NCBI GenBank assembly: GCA_050011565.1
Contig: JBEKIW010000001.1
Location: 608,001-672,000, forward strand
Source: Dehalococcoidia bacterium
GTDB taxonomy: Bacteria; Chloroflexota; Dehalococcoidia; GIF9; UBA5629
DNA: 64,000 bases
Direction of reading: 5' to 3'
Below are positions 49,398 through 59,580 of this stretch, piece after piece; position 1 is the first letter of the stretch; the number at the start of each line of letters is the position of its first letter. The notes under the pieces are model-generated. The model was not told the DNA's origin and ran no database searches. It worked only from the letters and a program-made list of their open reading frames with translations. The translations under genes were made by a program, and so were the position numbers.

Positions 49398-50045
49398 CTA
49401 GGACCAGCGTTTCTTCAATCTATTCCAGGTGCTGACAAAACGAGCTGTTGGGTTTGACTTATTGCCGGAAATCTTTCCCTTAGCCAGAGAAGCCATGAAT
49501 TCGTCTTTGCCGTTGAAATCCGGCATTTCGACATAAGCATTACCTATTTCAGGAAGCGTATGCGCATCGCTGCCGGCGCTGGTGGGCTTGTTATATTTCC
49601 GCGCCAGCTCTAAGGCCCTGGTGGAACTGCCTCGCGAAAGGCTGCGGGCATTAAAAGCCTCGATAATATCAACTTGAGGCATCATATCGTCGAATACCTG
49701 GTCCCTAAACACCGAATAACGTAACCTGTCATAGGGGTGGGGAATACATACCAGCCCATCCTGGGCTTTTATCCGGGCTACGGTTTCTTTCATGGACAGC
49801 TTACCGGGTATCTCCCGGCTGAGGAAAAATCCGATGACCTCGCCGTCTGAAGTCAGGATTTCCTCGCCGGCGATAATGGAAAAGGGAGCTATCTCTTTCA
49901 TCTTCAGGGCACCGGCCAGTGTGTTATGGTCAGCTATGCCGAGACAGTTGATGCCGACTTCGAGGCAGCGTGCAATTATCTCCTCGAGCGACATGGTACA
50001 ATCCACAGAATATTCAGTATGAATATGAAGGTCAGCTTTTATCAA
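49398..50045 (-). CDS. PHP-domain phosphoesterase
   Basis: DLHIHT..S.D, DHN, HP, GSDAH. Confidence 0.92.
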   Translation of the reverse strand: MIKADLHIHTEYSVDCTMSLEEIIARCLEVGINCLGIADHNTLAGALKMKEIAPFSIIAGEEILTSDGEVIGFFLSREIPGKLSMKETVARIKAQDGLVCIPHPYDRLRYSVFRDQVFDDMMPQVDIIEAFNARSLSRGSSTRALELARKYNKPTSAGSDAHTLPEIGNAYVEMPDFNGKDEFMASLAKGKISGNKSNPTARFVSTWNRLKKRWS

Positions 50046-50049
50046 AGAT

Positions 50050-50610
50050 TCAGCTTACCCTTTCCAGATATTCCCCGGTGCGGGTATCAACCTTAATGGT
50101 ATCGCCTGTATTTATGAAAAAGGGGACTTTAATCGTAATTCCGGTCTCCAGTTCGGCCGGTTTGCTGCCAGCCGAGGCGGTATCACCTTTGAAGCCGGGG
50201 CCTGTCTCCGTTACCTTGAGCTCCACTGAAACGGGTAATTGTATTCCCACCGGTTTACCTTTATGCGTCTCCATTTCCAGGTTTGCCTCGTCTTTCAAAT
50301 AGTTCAGAGTATCGCCGAGCATCGATTTATCCAGCGGTACCTGTTCGAAGGTCTTAGTATCCATGAAGTAGTAAAGGCCGCCTTCATTATAAAGGTATTG
50401 TACCGGGCGGCGCTCGAGGAAGGCTCTGGTGAAAGTTTCACTGGCCTGGAAGGAACGCTCAGTGGTATGGCCGGCACGGACATCGCGAAGCTTTAGACGA
50501 ACCTGCGCTGAGCCTCGTCCCATCTTAATATGCTGGTAATCAAGCACCTGATATAGCTGTCCGTCCAGCTCAATGGTTATACCTCTTTTCAATTCTCCGG
50601 CGTCAATCAT
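50050..50610 (-). CDS. efp: Elongation factor P
   Basis: PGFKGDTA, LETG..IKVPFFI, VDTRTGEY. Confidence 0.97.
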   Translation of the reverse strand: MIDAGELKRGITIELDGQLYQVLDYQHIKMGRGSAQVRLKLRDVRAGHTTERSFQASETFTRAFLERRPVQYLYNEGGLYYFMDTKTFEQVPLDKSMLGDTLNYLKDEANLEMETHKGKPVGIQLPVSVELKVTETGPGFKGDTASAGSKPAELETGITIKVPFFINTGDTIKVDTRTGEYLERVS

Positions 50611-50625
50611 AGGATAATCAACCTC

Positions 50626-51702
50626 CTAAGAAATGTTTGCCTTTTTATCGGCTCGAGTCAGGCTTTTCACCTTGCCGTTCTCTATGACAACCGTATCTTC
50701 AATTCTGACTCCACCCCAGCCGGCGACATATATTCCGGGCTCTATGGTAAAAACCATGCCGTCAACCAGCAGGTCCGCAGAATTTGGTCCAAGCCTCGGC
50801 GATTCATGAGTTTCCAAACCAACGCCGTGTCCTAGGCCGTGACCAAAATCATCGCCATACTTTGCCTGCTCAATAACTGTCCGGGCTAACCTGTCAGCCT
50901 GGTCTCCATTCATGCCGGCTCCAATGGTGGCCAGAGCCGTTAATTGCGCACCCAAAACAATATCATAAATTTTAAAAAAAGTCTTGTCTCCATCACCTAT
51001 TATAAAGGTGCGGGTCAGGTCGGAGCAGTAGCCGTTCACCCGGGCTCCCAAATCAATTACCACCGGCATATTTTTGAGAAGTAGTTTTTCCGAGGGCTTG
51101 GCGTGTGGCAAAGCCGCATTGGGGCCGGAAGCCACAATGATGTCAAAAGGCACGGTTTGACTGCCCTTCTCGCGGAGAAATTTCTCCAGTCCCCAGGCAA
51201 CTTCCTTTTCAGTCATCCCAGGGCGGAGTATCGATTTAGCGTGGTCGAAGGCGGCGTCGGCAAGCTCAACTGCTTCCGTTATGAATTTTAGCTCCTCAGG
51301 TTCTTTTACGGCGCGAATCGATTCCACCAGACCGGAAACCGGAATAAGCTCAAGCTTGTAGCCGTCATCGTTTATGTTTTTAAAAAGCTTCTCATAGGTG
51401 GCAAATGGAACCTGGTCAGCTTCAAAGCCTGCCTTTTTGAATCCCAAATCTAAGAGGAACCTGGGCAGCCAGCCGACCATGTCGCCTTTTACATGAATAA
51501 CATCGAAGTCGGGCGCTTCCTTTTTGGCCTGCTCAATGTACCTGAAGTCGACGGCCAGGTAAGCGATATTGTTTGAAATAATCAGCCAGCCTGCGGAACC
51601 CGTAAAGCCAGAGAGATATCGTCGGTTTTCCGGCTGGGAGACTACAAGTACACCCAATTCCTTTTGGGCTAAACCGTGACGAAGTTTTTGCAGCCGGCTC
51701 AC
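50626..51702 (-). CDS. Xaa-Pro aminopeptidase (M24B)
   Basis: YCSDLTRT, HGLGHGVGL..HE, EPGIY, GVRIED. Confidence 0.95.
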   Translation of the reverse strand: MSRLQKLRHGLAQKELGVLVVSQPENRRYLSGFTGSAGWLIISNNIAYLAVDFRYIEQAKKEAPDFDVIHVKGDMVGWLPRFLLDLGFKKAGFEADQVPFATYEKLFKNINDDGYKLELIPVSGLVESIRAVKEPEELKFITEAVELADAAFDHAKSILRPGMTEKEVAWGLEKFLREKGSQTVPFDIIVASGPNAALPHAKPSEKLLLKNMPVVIDLGARVNGYCSDLTRTFIIGDGDKTFFKIYDIVLGAQLTALATIGAGMNGDQADRLARTVIEQAKYGDDFGHGLGHGVGLETHESPRLGPNSADLLVDGMVFTIEPGIYVAGWGGVRIEDTVVIENGKVKSLTRADKKANIS

Positions 51703-51704
51703 TC

Positions 51705-52145
51705 TTATTTTTCTACTTTCAGTTCACCGACTAAGATTTGTAATGCAGCGGTATATCCCCGCCAACCAAATCCGCTGATTTGCCCTCTGGCAATTGGAGC
51801 AATTACCGATTTTGCCCGCCACTCTTCGCGAGCATGGATATTGGATAGATGGACCTCGACAAGCGGCAGTCCGCTGTCAACAAGAGCGTCCCGCAGGGAT
51901 AGACCATAGTGAGTCAGTGCCCCGGGGTTTATGATTATGCCGGCGGCTTGAGAGGCATTTTTCTGGATAAAGTCGATAAGTTCACCCTCGCTATTGGACT
52001 GAAAGCTAACTATATCGGCACCCAGGCTTTTACCCTCCTTTTTTAGAAGGGTATCAATCTGTAGCAATGTTTTATCACCATAGTAGGCTTTATTTCGCTT
52101 GCCTAACATATTGAGGTTCGGTCCGTTGACAACTAAAATTTTCAT
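51705..52145 (-). CDS. aroQ: Type II 3-dehydroquinate dehydratase
   Basis: NGPNLNMLG, NPGALTH, EVHLSN. Confidence 0.97.
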   Translation of the reverse strand: MKILVVNGPNLNMLGKRNKAYYGDKTLLQIDTLLKKEGKSLGADIVSFQSNSEGELIDFIQKNASQAAGIIINPGALTHYGLSLRDALVDSGLPLVEVHLSNIHAREEWRAKSVIAPIARGQISGFGWRGYTAALQILVGELKVEK

Positions 52146-54274
52146 GCTGCCGCTCCTATCTTTTCAACTTCATCCAGTTTATCTTTATATTCACAGGCGG
52201 TACATTTGACCCAACCGTCCCGGTACATAATGAGCAGCTTGCCGCACTGTGGGCAGGGCTTTGGAACCGGCCGGCGATTAACTGCAAACTGGCATTGTGG
52301 GTAGCCACTACAACCATAGAAAATACGCCTTTTCTTGGTTGTTCTCTCTACAATCTCCTTCCCGCATTTCGGGCAGAGTACGCCGGTTTTTATCACGTAA
52401 GGCATAGTCTTCTTGCATTCCGGATAACCGCTGCAAGCTAAGAATTTGCCAAAACGACCCGTCTTCAATACCATGGGTTTACCGCACTCAGGGCAGACTT
52501 CCTCTGTGGGCTTGGCAATATTTACCTTTTCTATCTTGGTAGATGCCTGGTTAAGCATTTCTTCAAAGGGGGTATAGAAATCCTGGAGAACTGAAACCCA
52601 GCCTCTCTCGCCACGCGCAATTTCATCCAGTTCTTCTTCAAGCTGAGCAGTGAAATCCAGGTCGACTATTTCAGGGAAGTGCTGGGTTAAGAGGTCGCTG
52701 ACGATAAAGCCTATCTCATCTGGGCAAAGCTTGCCATTTTCTTTGTATACGTAGCCTCTTCCCTGGATAGTGGATAGAATGGGGGCATAGGTGCTGGGGC
52801 GTCCGATTCCCTTTTGTTCCAGCGCTTTTATTAAAGTAGCCTCATTATAACGAAGCGGCGGCTGAGTAAAACGCTGCTGGGGAAATATGTCCAACAAGAC
52901 TAAGTTGTCACCGGCTTTTAATGCTGGAAGGACAACCGCCTTTTCTTCCTCTCCCTCCTCGTCTTTGCCCTCGCTGTAAACCGTTATAAAGCCGGGGAAC
53001 TTCACTACGGAACTGCTGGCCTTTAGCAGATAGCTCTTGTACGGTTCTGAACATTTGGCATCTATTTCGACTGTGGTGGCATCCATCAAGGCTGCTGCCA
53101 TCTGGCTGGCTACCATTCGTTTCCAGATAAGGTCATATAATTTGAGCTGTTCTGGTTTCAGGTAAGAGCGAAGCTGGCCAGGCTCTCGATGAACTCTGGT
53201 CGGCCGAATGGCTTCATGCGCTTCCTGTGCCCATTTGCTCTTTTTAGCGAAATGACGTGGATTCTGGGGCACAAAGCGGTCACCGTATTTGCCGGCAATA
53301 AAATCCCGAGTCTCAGCTATGGCACTGGCAGCTACGTGCGTCGAATCGGTACGGATATAGGTAATCAATCCCACCGAGCCCTCCTCACCCAAAGGCACGC
53401 CTTCGTAAAGCTGCTGAGCGATAAACATAGTACGTTGAGCAGTGAACCGCAGCTTGCGCCAGGCTTCTTGCTGCAGAGTGCTGGTAATGAATGGCGGCGC
53501 CGGTTGGCGAGCCACTTCTTTTACTGTTACCTTTTTGACGACATAGTCGGCTTTCTTCAGCTCGTTTTGGATACTCTCGGCTTCCTGCTGGTTGGATATG
53601 CTAATCTTTGTGCTGTCGGCCAGGCTTATCAGCAATGCTCTGAAGCGATTCTTTGGAGTAGCCGGCAAGCTCGTGGCCAGTTCAGCCTCGATAGTCCAGT
53701 ACTCCACAGCAACGAAATTTTGAATCTCTCGCTCGCGGTCGACAATTATTCTCAAGGCTGCCGACTGGACCCTGCCGGCAGACAGTCCTCTCTGAACCTT
53801 ACGCCACAGCAACGGGCTCAGCTTGTAACCAACCAGTCTATCCAGCAGACGGCGCGCTTGTTGGGCGTCAACCAGGTTCATATCAATAGAGCGTGGATGG
53901 CGAAACGCTTTTTCCACGGCTTCTTTTGTTATCTCATGAAAGACGACGCGGTGGATGGGTATCTTGCCGTTATCCAATTTGGTGGCTGCAATTAGATGCC
54001 AGGAAATAGCCTCTCCCTCACGGTCGGGGTCAGTTGCCAGATAGACCTCGGCGGCGCCGGCAGCCGACTTCTTCAGTTCGTTAATCACGGCTCTTCTCTG
54101 TCTGATGATGATATATCTGGGAGTAAAGTCATTCGCAACATCTATGCCTAATTCGCTTTTAGGCAGGTCGCGCACGTGCCCCAGAGTCGCCTTAATATCG
54201 TAACCTTTGCCCAGTATGCGGCTTATAGTCCTGGCCTTTGCCGGCGATTCGACAACAACAAGCTTCGTTCCCAT
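52142..54274 (-). CDS. topA: DNA topoisomerase I with C-terminal zinc ribbons
   Basis: VESPAKA, DPDREGE, SAGRVQS, ITYIRTD, GIGRPST. Confidence 0.98.
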   Translation of the reverse strand: MGTKLVVVESPAKARTISRILGKGYDIKATLGHVRDLPKSELGIDVANDFTPRYIIIRQRRAVINELKKSAAGAAEVYLATDPDREGEAISWHLIAATKLDNGKIPIHRVVFHEITKEAVEKAFRHPRSIDMNLVDAQQARRLLDRLVGYKLSPLLWRKVQRGLSAGRVQSAALRIIVDREREIQNFVAVEYWTIEAELATSLPATPKNRFRALLISLADSTKISISNQQEAESIQNELKKADYVVKKVTVKEVARQPAPPFITSTLQQEAWRKLRFTAQRTMFIAQQLYEGVPLGEEGSVGLITYIRTDSTHVAASAIAETRDFIAGKYGDRFVPQNPRHFAKKSKWAQEAHEAIRPTRVHREPGQLRSYLKPEQLKLYDLIWKRMVASQMAAALMDATTVEIDAKCSEPYKSYLLKASSSVVKFPGFITVYSEGKDEEGEEEKAVVLPALKAGDNLVLLDIFPQQRFTQPPLRYNEATLIKALEQKGIGRPSTYAPILSTIQGRGYVYKENGKLCPDEIGFIVSDLLTQHFPEIVDLDFTAQLEEELDEIARGERGWVSVLQDFYTPFEEMLNQASTKIEKVNIAKPTEEVCPECGKPMVLKTGRFGKFLACSGYPECKKTMPYVIKTGVLCPKCGKEIVERTTKKRRIFYGCSGYPQCQFAVNRRPVPKPCPQCGKLLIMYRDGWVKCTACEYKDKLDEVEKIGAAA

Positions 54275-54276
54275 AA

Positions 54277-55398
54277 TTATCCTGCCGTTTGGTATTCCTC
54301 TTTCATCTCTCTGGCCAGCACATAGTTCATGCCGCCAACCTGTTTTACCATCCCCTTGAGTTCCATCATGGTTAGCACACTGCCAACCGAAGCCGCCGCC
54401 AAGCCGCTATGGCGACAAATATCGTCTATATGAGTCGGCTCTCGTCCCAACTGCTTTAACAATAACGATTCAGTCTCATCGACGGGCAGAAGCTCCTTCA
54501 TCTCCAGTTGCTGTGCCATGATGGTCAAATTAAGCTCTTCCAAAATATCGACATAATTCCTGACCAGTTTCGCGCCTTCCTGAATGAGATGATTCGTACC
54601 CCTGCTGGCAGGTGATAAAATGCTGCCCGGGACGGCAAAGACTTCGCGGTTTTGCTCCAATGCCTGATTGGCGGTGATCAAAGCTCCGCTGCTTTCACCG
54701 GCCTCAATAACCAGCACACCGAGGCTGAGACCGCTCATAATTCGATTGCGCCTCGGGAAATTATCAGCTTTCGGTTTTGTGCCCAGAGGATATTCGCTAA
54801 TCAAGGCGCCGTGCTCCATAATCTCCCGTGCCAGCTTGGCGTTCTCCGCCGGGTAGACGATGTCAAGACCGCAGGCGAAGACAGCCATAGTTCGAGCGCC
54901 AGCTTCCAACGCGGCACGGTGAGCTACAGAGTCAATTCCTCTAGCCAGGCCGCTAACGATGGTAATTCCGTTTCTGGCCAGGTCAGTGACAATCTCTTCG
55001 GTCACTTGACGTCCGTAGACTGTAGCTCGACGGGTGCCGACTACGGCCAGGCAACATTCATCTTCTGTCAGCAAGTCGCCTCGGATATAAAGTACCGGTG
55101 GATAATCGTATATCTCCTTAAGTCTTTGTGGATAGGCGGGAGAATCACAGGCAAGTACCTTTATTTTATATTTCTTGAGGCTGTCCATTTCTTCGTCGGG
55201 AGCGATTCTCGTCCGCAGGTTGACGATATTCTCAGCAGCTTTGGAATCAAGGCCAGATTTTTTCAGTTCTCCGATTGAGGCTTTCCAGGCATGCTCCAGT
55301 GTGTTGAAATGGTCCAGTAGCTGTGATATTTTCACCCGGCCGATGCCCGGCATCTTGGAGAAGCCTACCCAGTATTTCAGCTCGTTCTCATTCATCAT
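54277..55398 (-). CDS. dprA: DNA-processing protein DprA
   Basis: VVGTR, SGLARGID, FPRRNRI, SGALITA. Confidence 0.97.
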   Translation of the reverse strand: MMNENELKYWVGFSKMPGIGRVKISQLLDHFNTLEHAWKASIGELKKSGLDSKAAENIVNLRTRIAPDEEMDSLKKYKIKVLACDSPAYPQRLKEIYDYPPVLYIRGDLLTEDECCLAVVGTRRATVYGRQVTEEIVTDLARNGITIVSGLARGIDSVAHRAALEAGARTMAVFACGLDIVYPAENAKLAREIMEHGALISEYPLGTKPKADNFPRRNRIMSGLSLGVLVIEAGESSGALITANQALEQNREVFAVPGSILSPASRGTNHLIQEGAKLVRNYVDILEELNLTIMAQQLEMKELLPVDETESLLLKQLGREPTHIDDICRHSGLAAASVGSVLTMMELKGMVKQVGGMNYVLAREMKEEYQTAG

Positions 55399-55475
55399 CT
55401 GAGTTGAAACATTGTAGCATAGGCAAGAAGGTCAAACAAAAAAAGAGGTAGCCATGAGAAAGCAAATGATTAGAA

Positions 55476-55564
<89 letters not shown>

Positions 55565-55568
55565 AAGG

Positions 55569-55657
<89 letters not shown>

Positions 55658-55781
55658 GCGCCATAACATTATACAATGCCTGTGTCAGGAGGCAAAGGTT
55701 TACTATATAATCTAATGGCTACAGGTAGACGATATTTACAATAAAAAACAGGCTATGATATGATTTTGCTTTGCCCGTAAC

Positions 55782-58535
55782 ATGCACATGACAATAAAAT
55801 TGAACGAGAATTGGCACAATTTAGAGATATCGGAAGTCTTTGCCTCTTTGGACTCAAGCCGTGAAGGCTTAAGTCAGGGAGAAGCCCAACGCCGCCTGGC
55901 TCAATTTGGACCTAACGAGCTGGCTGAAAAGAAAAAAATATCCCCCTGGGTAATCTTCCTTGAGCAATTTAAGAATTTTCTCATAATTATCCTGCTTGTT
56001 GCGGTGGCTTTATCAGCCGTTATGGGTGAAGTAGCTGATGCCATTGTCATTTTTGCTATCGTCCTGTTTGCCGCTGGCCTGAGCTTTATGCAGGAATACA
56101 GGGCTGAACGGGCTATGGAAGCCCTGAAGAGAATGGCAGCACCAACGGCGTCGGTACTGAGAGACGGAATGGAAATAGAAGTCTCCGCCACGGAGCTGGT
56201 TCCCGGAGACATAATTCTGCTCAGAACCGGCGATAAAATACCGGCAGATGCACGGCTCATCGAAGCTATCAACTTAAAAGCGGATGAGGCTTCACTGACG
56301 GGTGAATCAGTCCCTGTGGAAAAGATGGGAAAGGCATTTGTGGGGGAGGCAAGCATCGGTGACATGAGGAACATGGTCTTTACGGGAACGGCAGCCGTTT
56401 ATGGCAGGGGCCTGGCGGTAGTCACTGCCACCGGCATGGCTACCGAGTTCGGCAAGATTGCGACTATGCTGCAGGAAGTGGAGAAGGAGCGGACACCGCT
56501 GCAGGTTAGTCTCGACCAGCTGGGAAAGTGGATTGCCATCGGCGCCTTAGCCATGTGCTTCATTCTAGCTGGGATTGGTGTTATTACAGCACCTGTGATT
56601 GATAAACAGCTGATTCTGACGATGCTCATCTGGGGGGTAAGTTTGGCCGTGGCGGCTGTGCCCGAAGCCTTGCCGGCCGTGGTCACTATCTCACTGGCTC
56701 TCGGCGTTCAGAGGATGGTACAACGCCATGCGCTGATTAGAAAGCTGCCGGTCGTAGAGACACTTGGTTGCACTACATATATTTGCTCAGATAAGACCGG
56801 TACGCTTACCGAAGACAAGATGACGATACGGCGCATTTTTGTGGACGGTAAGCTCATCGCTGTCACTGGCGTTGGTTATGAACCTAAAGGCGAGTTTCAT
56901 GTTGGCGGCAAAGTACTAAATCCTCAAGACAGCGCGGCCTTACAAAAGCTGCTCAACATTGGAAGCATATGCAATGACACAACTCTTAATTCAGCCGCTG
57001 GTGTTTGGTTAATCAAAGGGGACCCGACCGAAGGCGCCCTGGTGGTGACGGCAGCTAAAGCGGGCTTGTGGCAAGAGGAACTTCAAATTCAATTTCCTCG
57101 CATCAGCGAAATCCCGTTTTCCTCCGAGACGAAGAGAATGACCACCACCCATCAAACAAGCCAAGGTAAAATTGCTTATTCCAAAGGAGCACCTGAGGTA
57201 ATCCTGAGTTCTTGCAGCCGTATTTTCCGTAACGGGGAAGAAAAGGCACTAACTGTCGAAGATAGGGAAAGTATCATGGCTGTGGCTCAAGAAATGGCGG
57301 AAGATGCTCTCCGTGTTCTGGGGCTGGCGTATAAGCAGCTTGAGCATAATGCTGTCTCCACTAACGACGTGGAAAAGGGCATGGTGTTTGTAGGACTGGT
57401 TGGCATGATTGACCCACCTCGGGAAGAAGTCAAGGCGGCAGTAAAGACATGTGACCGGGCCGGTATCAAATCAGTAATGATAACCGGCGACCATAAATTA
57501 ACGGCCGTCGCCATTGCCAGAGAATTGGGCATACTCAAAAAGGGTATTGCCTCAACAGGGGCAGAAATCGATAACCTGAACGATGAAAAATTTGAAGCAT
57601 TGGTGGAGAAAATAGAAGTTTATGCACGGGTTTCTCCAGCTCACAAACTGCGTGTCGTCGAGGCGCTAACTAAGAAGGGTCATGTAGTGGCCATGACAGG
57701 GGATGGAGTGAACGATGCACCGGCACTGAAGAAAGCTGATATCGGGGTGGCTATGGGGATTACGGGCACCGATGTTACCAAAGAAGCGGCTGACATGGTG
57801 CTGACCGATGACAATTTTGCCTCCATCGTAGCTGCAGTCGAGGAAGGAAGAGGCATTTTCAATAATATCAAGAAGTATCTGATTTATCTCCTCTCCTGTA
57901 ATTTGGGAGAAATACTGCTCATGGCAGTCGTTATTTTGTTCGGCCCGCTTTTCGGTTTACCTGCCGGCACCATACCCTTAATTGCCATTCAACTCCTGTA
58001 TGTTAATTTGGCTACTGATGGCCTGCCAGCCATAGCTTTGTCTGTTGACCCACCGGACATCGATATCATGAGACAAAAGCCACGACCCCGCAAGCAGACT
58101 ATTTTTACGATGCCTGTCATGAGGTACCTGGCTGGCGCTGGAATCTGGACAGCCCTGGTAACATTGGCGGTCTTTCTTTGGGCGGTGGATTCGGGGAAGG
58201 ACATACTCGAAGCTCAAGGGGTATGCTTTCTGACTTTAATATTAATTGAGTTCTTCAATGCCTTTAACTGTCGCTCATTAGAATACTCACTTTTTAAAAT
58301 CGGCCCCTTCGGCAATAAGTGGCTTATCTGGGCGATACTCGGTACCATTGCCATGACCATCCCCATATTCTATGTGCCCTTCCTAAAAGAAACGTTTCGC
58401 GTACATGCCTTAACTACCATTGACTGGATTGTCGCCGTATTCTCAGCTTCAACCATCTTTATCGGCGCCGAAATCTACAAGCTAGTTATGTCTAGGATAA
58501 GACCAAAGGGCATATTTTCAAAGTCTATCGGATAA
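55782..58535 (+). CDS. P-type IIA (Ca2+-like) cation-transporting ATPase
   Basis: TGES, PEALP, DKTGT, KGAPE, GDGVND. Confidence 0.96.
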   Translation: MHMTIKLNENWHNLEISEVFASLDSSREGLSQGEAQRRLAQFGPNELAEKKKISPWVIFLEQFKNFLIIILLVAVALSAVMGEVADAIVIFAIVLFAAGLSFMQEYRAERAMEALKRMAAPTASVLRDGMEIEVSATELVPGDIILLRTGDKIPADARLIEAINLKADEASLTGESVPVEKMGKAFVGEASIGDMRNMVFTGTAAVYGRGLAVVTATGMATEFGKIATMLQEVEKERTPLQVSLDQLGKWIAIGALAMCFILAGIGVITAPVIDKQLILTMLIWGVSLAVAAVPEALPAVVTISLALGVQRMVQRHALIRKLPVVETLGCTTYICSDKTGTLTEDKMTIRRIFVDGKLIAVTGVGYEPKGEFHVGGKVLNPQDSAALQKLLNIGSICNDTTLNSAAGVWLIKGDPTEGALVVTAAKAGLWQEELQIQFPRISEIPFSSETKRMTTTHQTSQGKIAYSKGAPEVILSSCSRIFRNGEEKALTVEDRESIMAVAQEMAEDALRVLGLAYKQLEHNAVSTNDVEKGMVFVGLVGMIDPPREEVKAAVKTCDRAGIKSVMITGDHKLTAVAIARELGILKKGIASTGAEIDNLNDEKFEALVEKIEVYARVSPAHKLRVVEALTKKGHVVAMTGDGVNDAPALKKADIGVAMGITGTDVTKEAADMVLTDDNFASIVAAVEEGRGIFNNIKKYLIYLLSCNLGEILLMAVVILFGPLFGLPAGTIPLIAIQLLYVNLATDGLPAIALSVDPPDIDIMRQKPRPRKQTIFTMPVMRYLAGAGIWTALVTLAVFLWAVDSGKDILEAQGVCFLTLILIEFFNAFNCRSLEYSLFKIGPFGNKWLIWAILGTIAMTIPIFYVPFLKETFRVHALTTIDWIVAVFSASTIFIGAEIYKLVMSRIRPKGIFSKSIG

Positions 58536-58598
58536 TCGTAATAATCACACTCAGGACGAGTTTGCCAAATCGTGCAATAATGTATAAAATTATCCGAA

Positions 58599-58670
<72 letters not shown>

Positions 58671-58690
58671 CTTCCAAGGAATTCAGTAAT

Positions 58691-59578
58691 TTGAAAGAAA
58701 GAGACAAGACAATTGAAATCCGTTGGCATGGGAGGGGTGGTCAAGGGGCTGTAACATCGGCTGAACTGCTGGCGCTGGCGGCCATAGAAGAAGGTAAATT
58801 TGCTCAGGCGTTTCCCAGCTTTGGCCCTGAAAGAAGGGGAGCCCCGGTGCTTGTTTTCAATCGCCTGAGCGATACCAACCCCATCCGGGCTCGCGTCTCA
58901 GTGACCAATCCTGATATCGTGGTAATACTGGACCCGGGCCTACTTTATATTACCGACGCTACTTCCGGACTAAAGGAAGACGGCACGCTGGTCATTAATA
59001 CCCCGAAGACATTGGTTGACATAAAGTCAGAATTGGGTGGTCCGTGGAAGCTGGCAGTGGTCAATGCCAACGTTATTGCGCGAGAGTTACTCGGCGTTCC
59101 AATCGTAAATACAACCATGCTTGGAGCCTTGGTTAAAGCCACGGGGATAATAGAGTTAGAATCACTGGCGGAGCCGATAAAAGAACGCTTTGGGGCTAGA
59201 GCTAAGGCTAATATAGAGGCTTGCCGCAGGGCTTTTGAAGAGACTGAAATAGCTGAACCTGGCAGTGTTGTCCGGAAAGCACGTCAGGCAATACCGGCGG
59301 AAGTACTGCCTTCGTGGCGGGAGTTGCTGCCGGGTTGTGTTATTACTGAGCCGGGCAACGCCAAAGCATATCGCACCGGCGATTGGAAATCTGCGCATCC
59401 AGTATGGAACAATGAGAAATGCATCAAGTGCGGAATTTGTTATCTGTTTTGTCCGGAAGGATGTATCGGAGAGAAAGAAGACGGTTACTTTGAAGCCAAT
59501 TTATATTATTGCAAGGGATGTGGAATTTGTGCACGCGAGTGCTGGACGGAGGCTATAAGGATGGTAGAGGAAGAATAG
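58691..59578 (+). CDS. porCD: Pyruvate/2-oxoacid:ferredoxin oxidoreductase gamma-delta fusion
   Basis: EIRWHGRGGQG, FGPERRGAP, then TGDW and two CxxCxxCxxxC motifs; TTG at 58691 lies after the tRNA. Confidence 0.9.
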   Translation: MKERDKTIEIRWHGRGGQGAVTSAELLALAAIEEGKFAQAFPSFGPERRGAPVLVFNRLSDTNPIRARVSVTNPDIVVILDPGLLYITDATSGLKEDGTLVINTPKTLVDIKSELGGPWKLAVVNANVIARELLGVPIVNTTMLGALVKATGIIELESLAEPIKERFGARAKANIEACRRAFEETEIAEPGSVVRKARQAIPAEVLPSWRELLPGCVITEPGNAKAYRTGDWKSAHPVWNNEKCIKCGICYLFCPEGCIGEKEDGYFEANLYYCKGCGICARECWTEAIRMVEEE

Positions 59579-59580
59579 AC

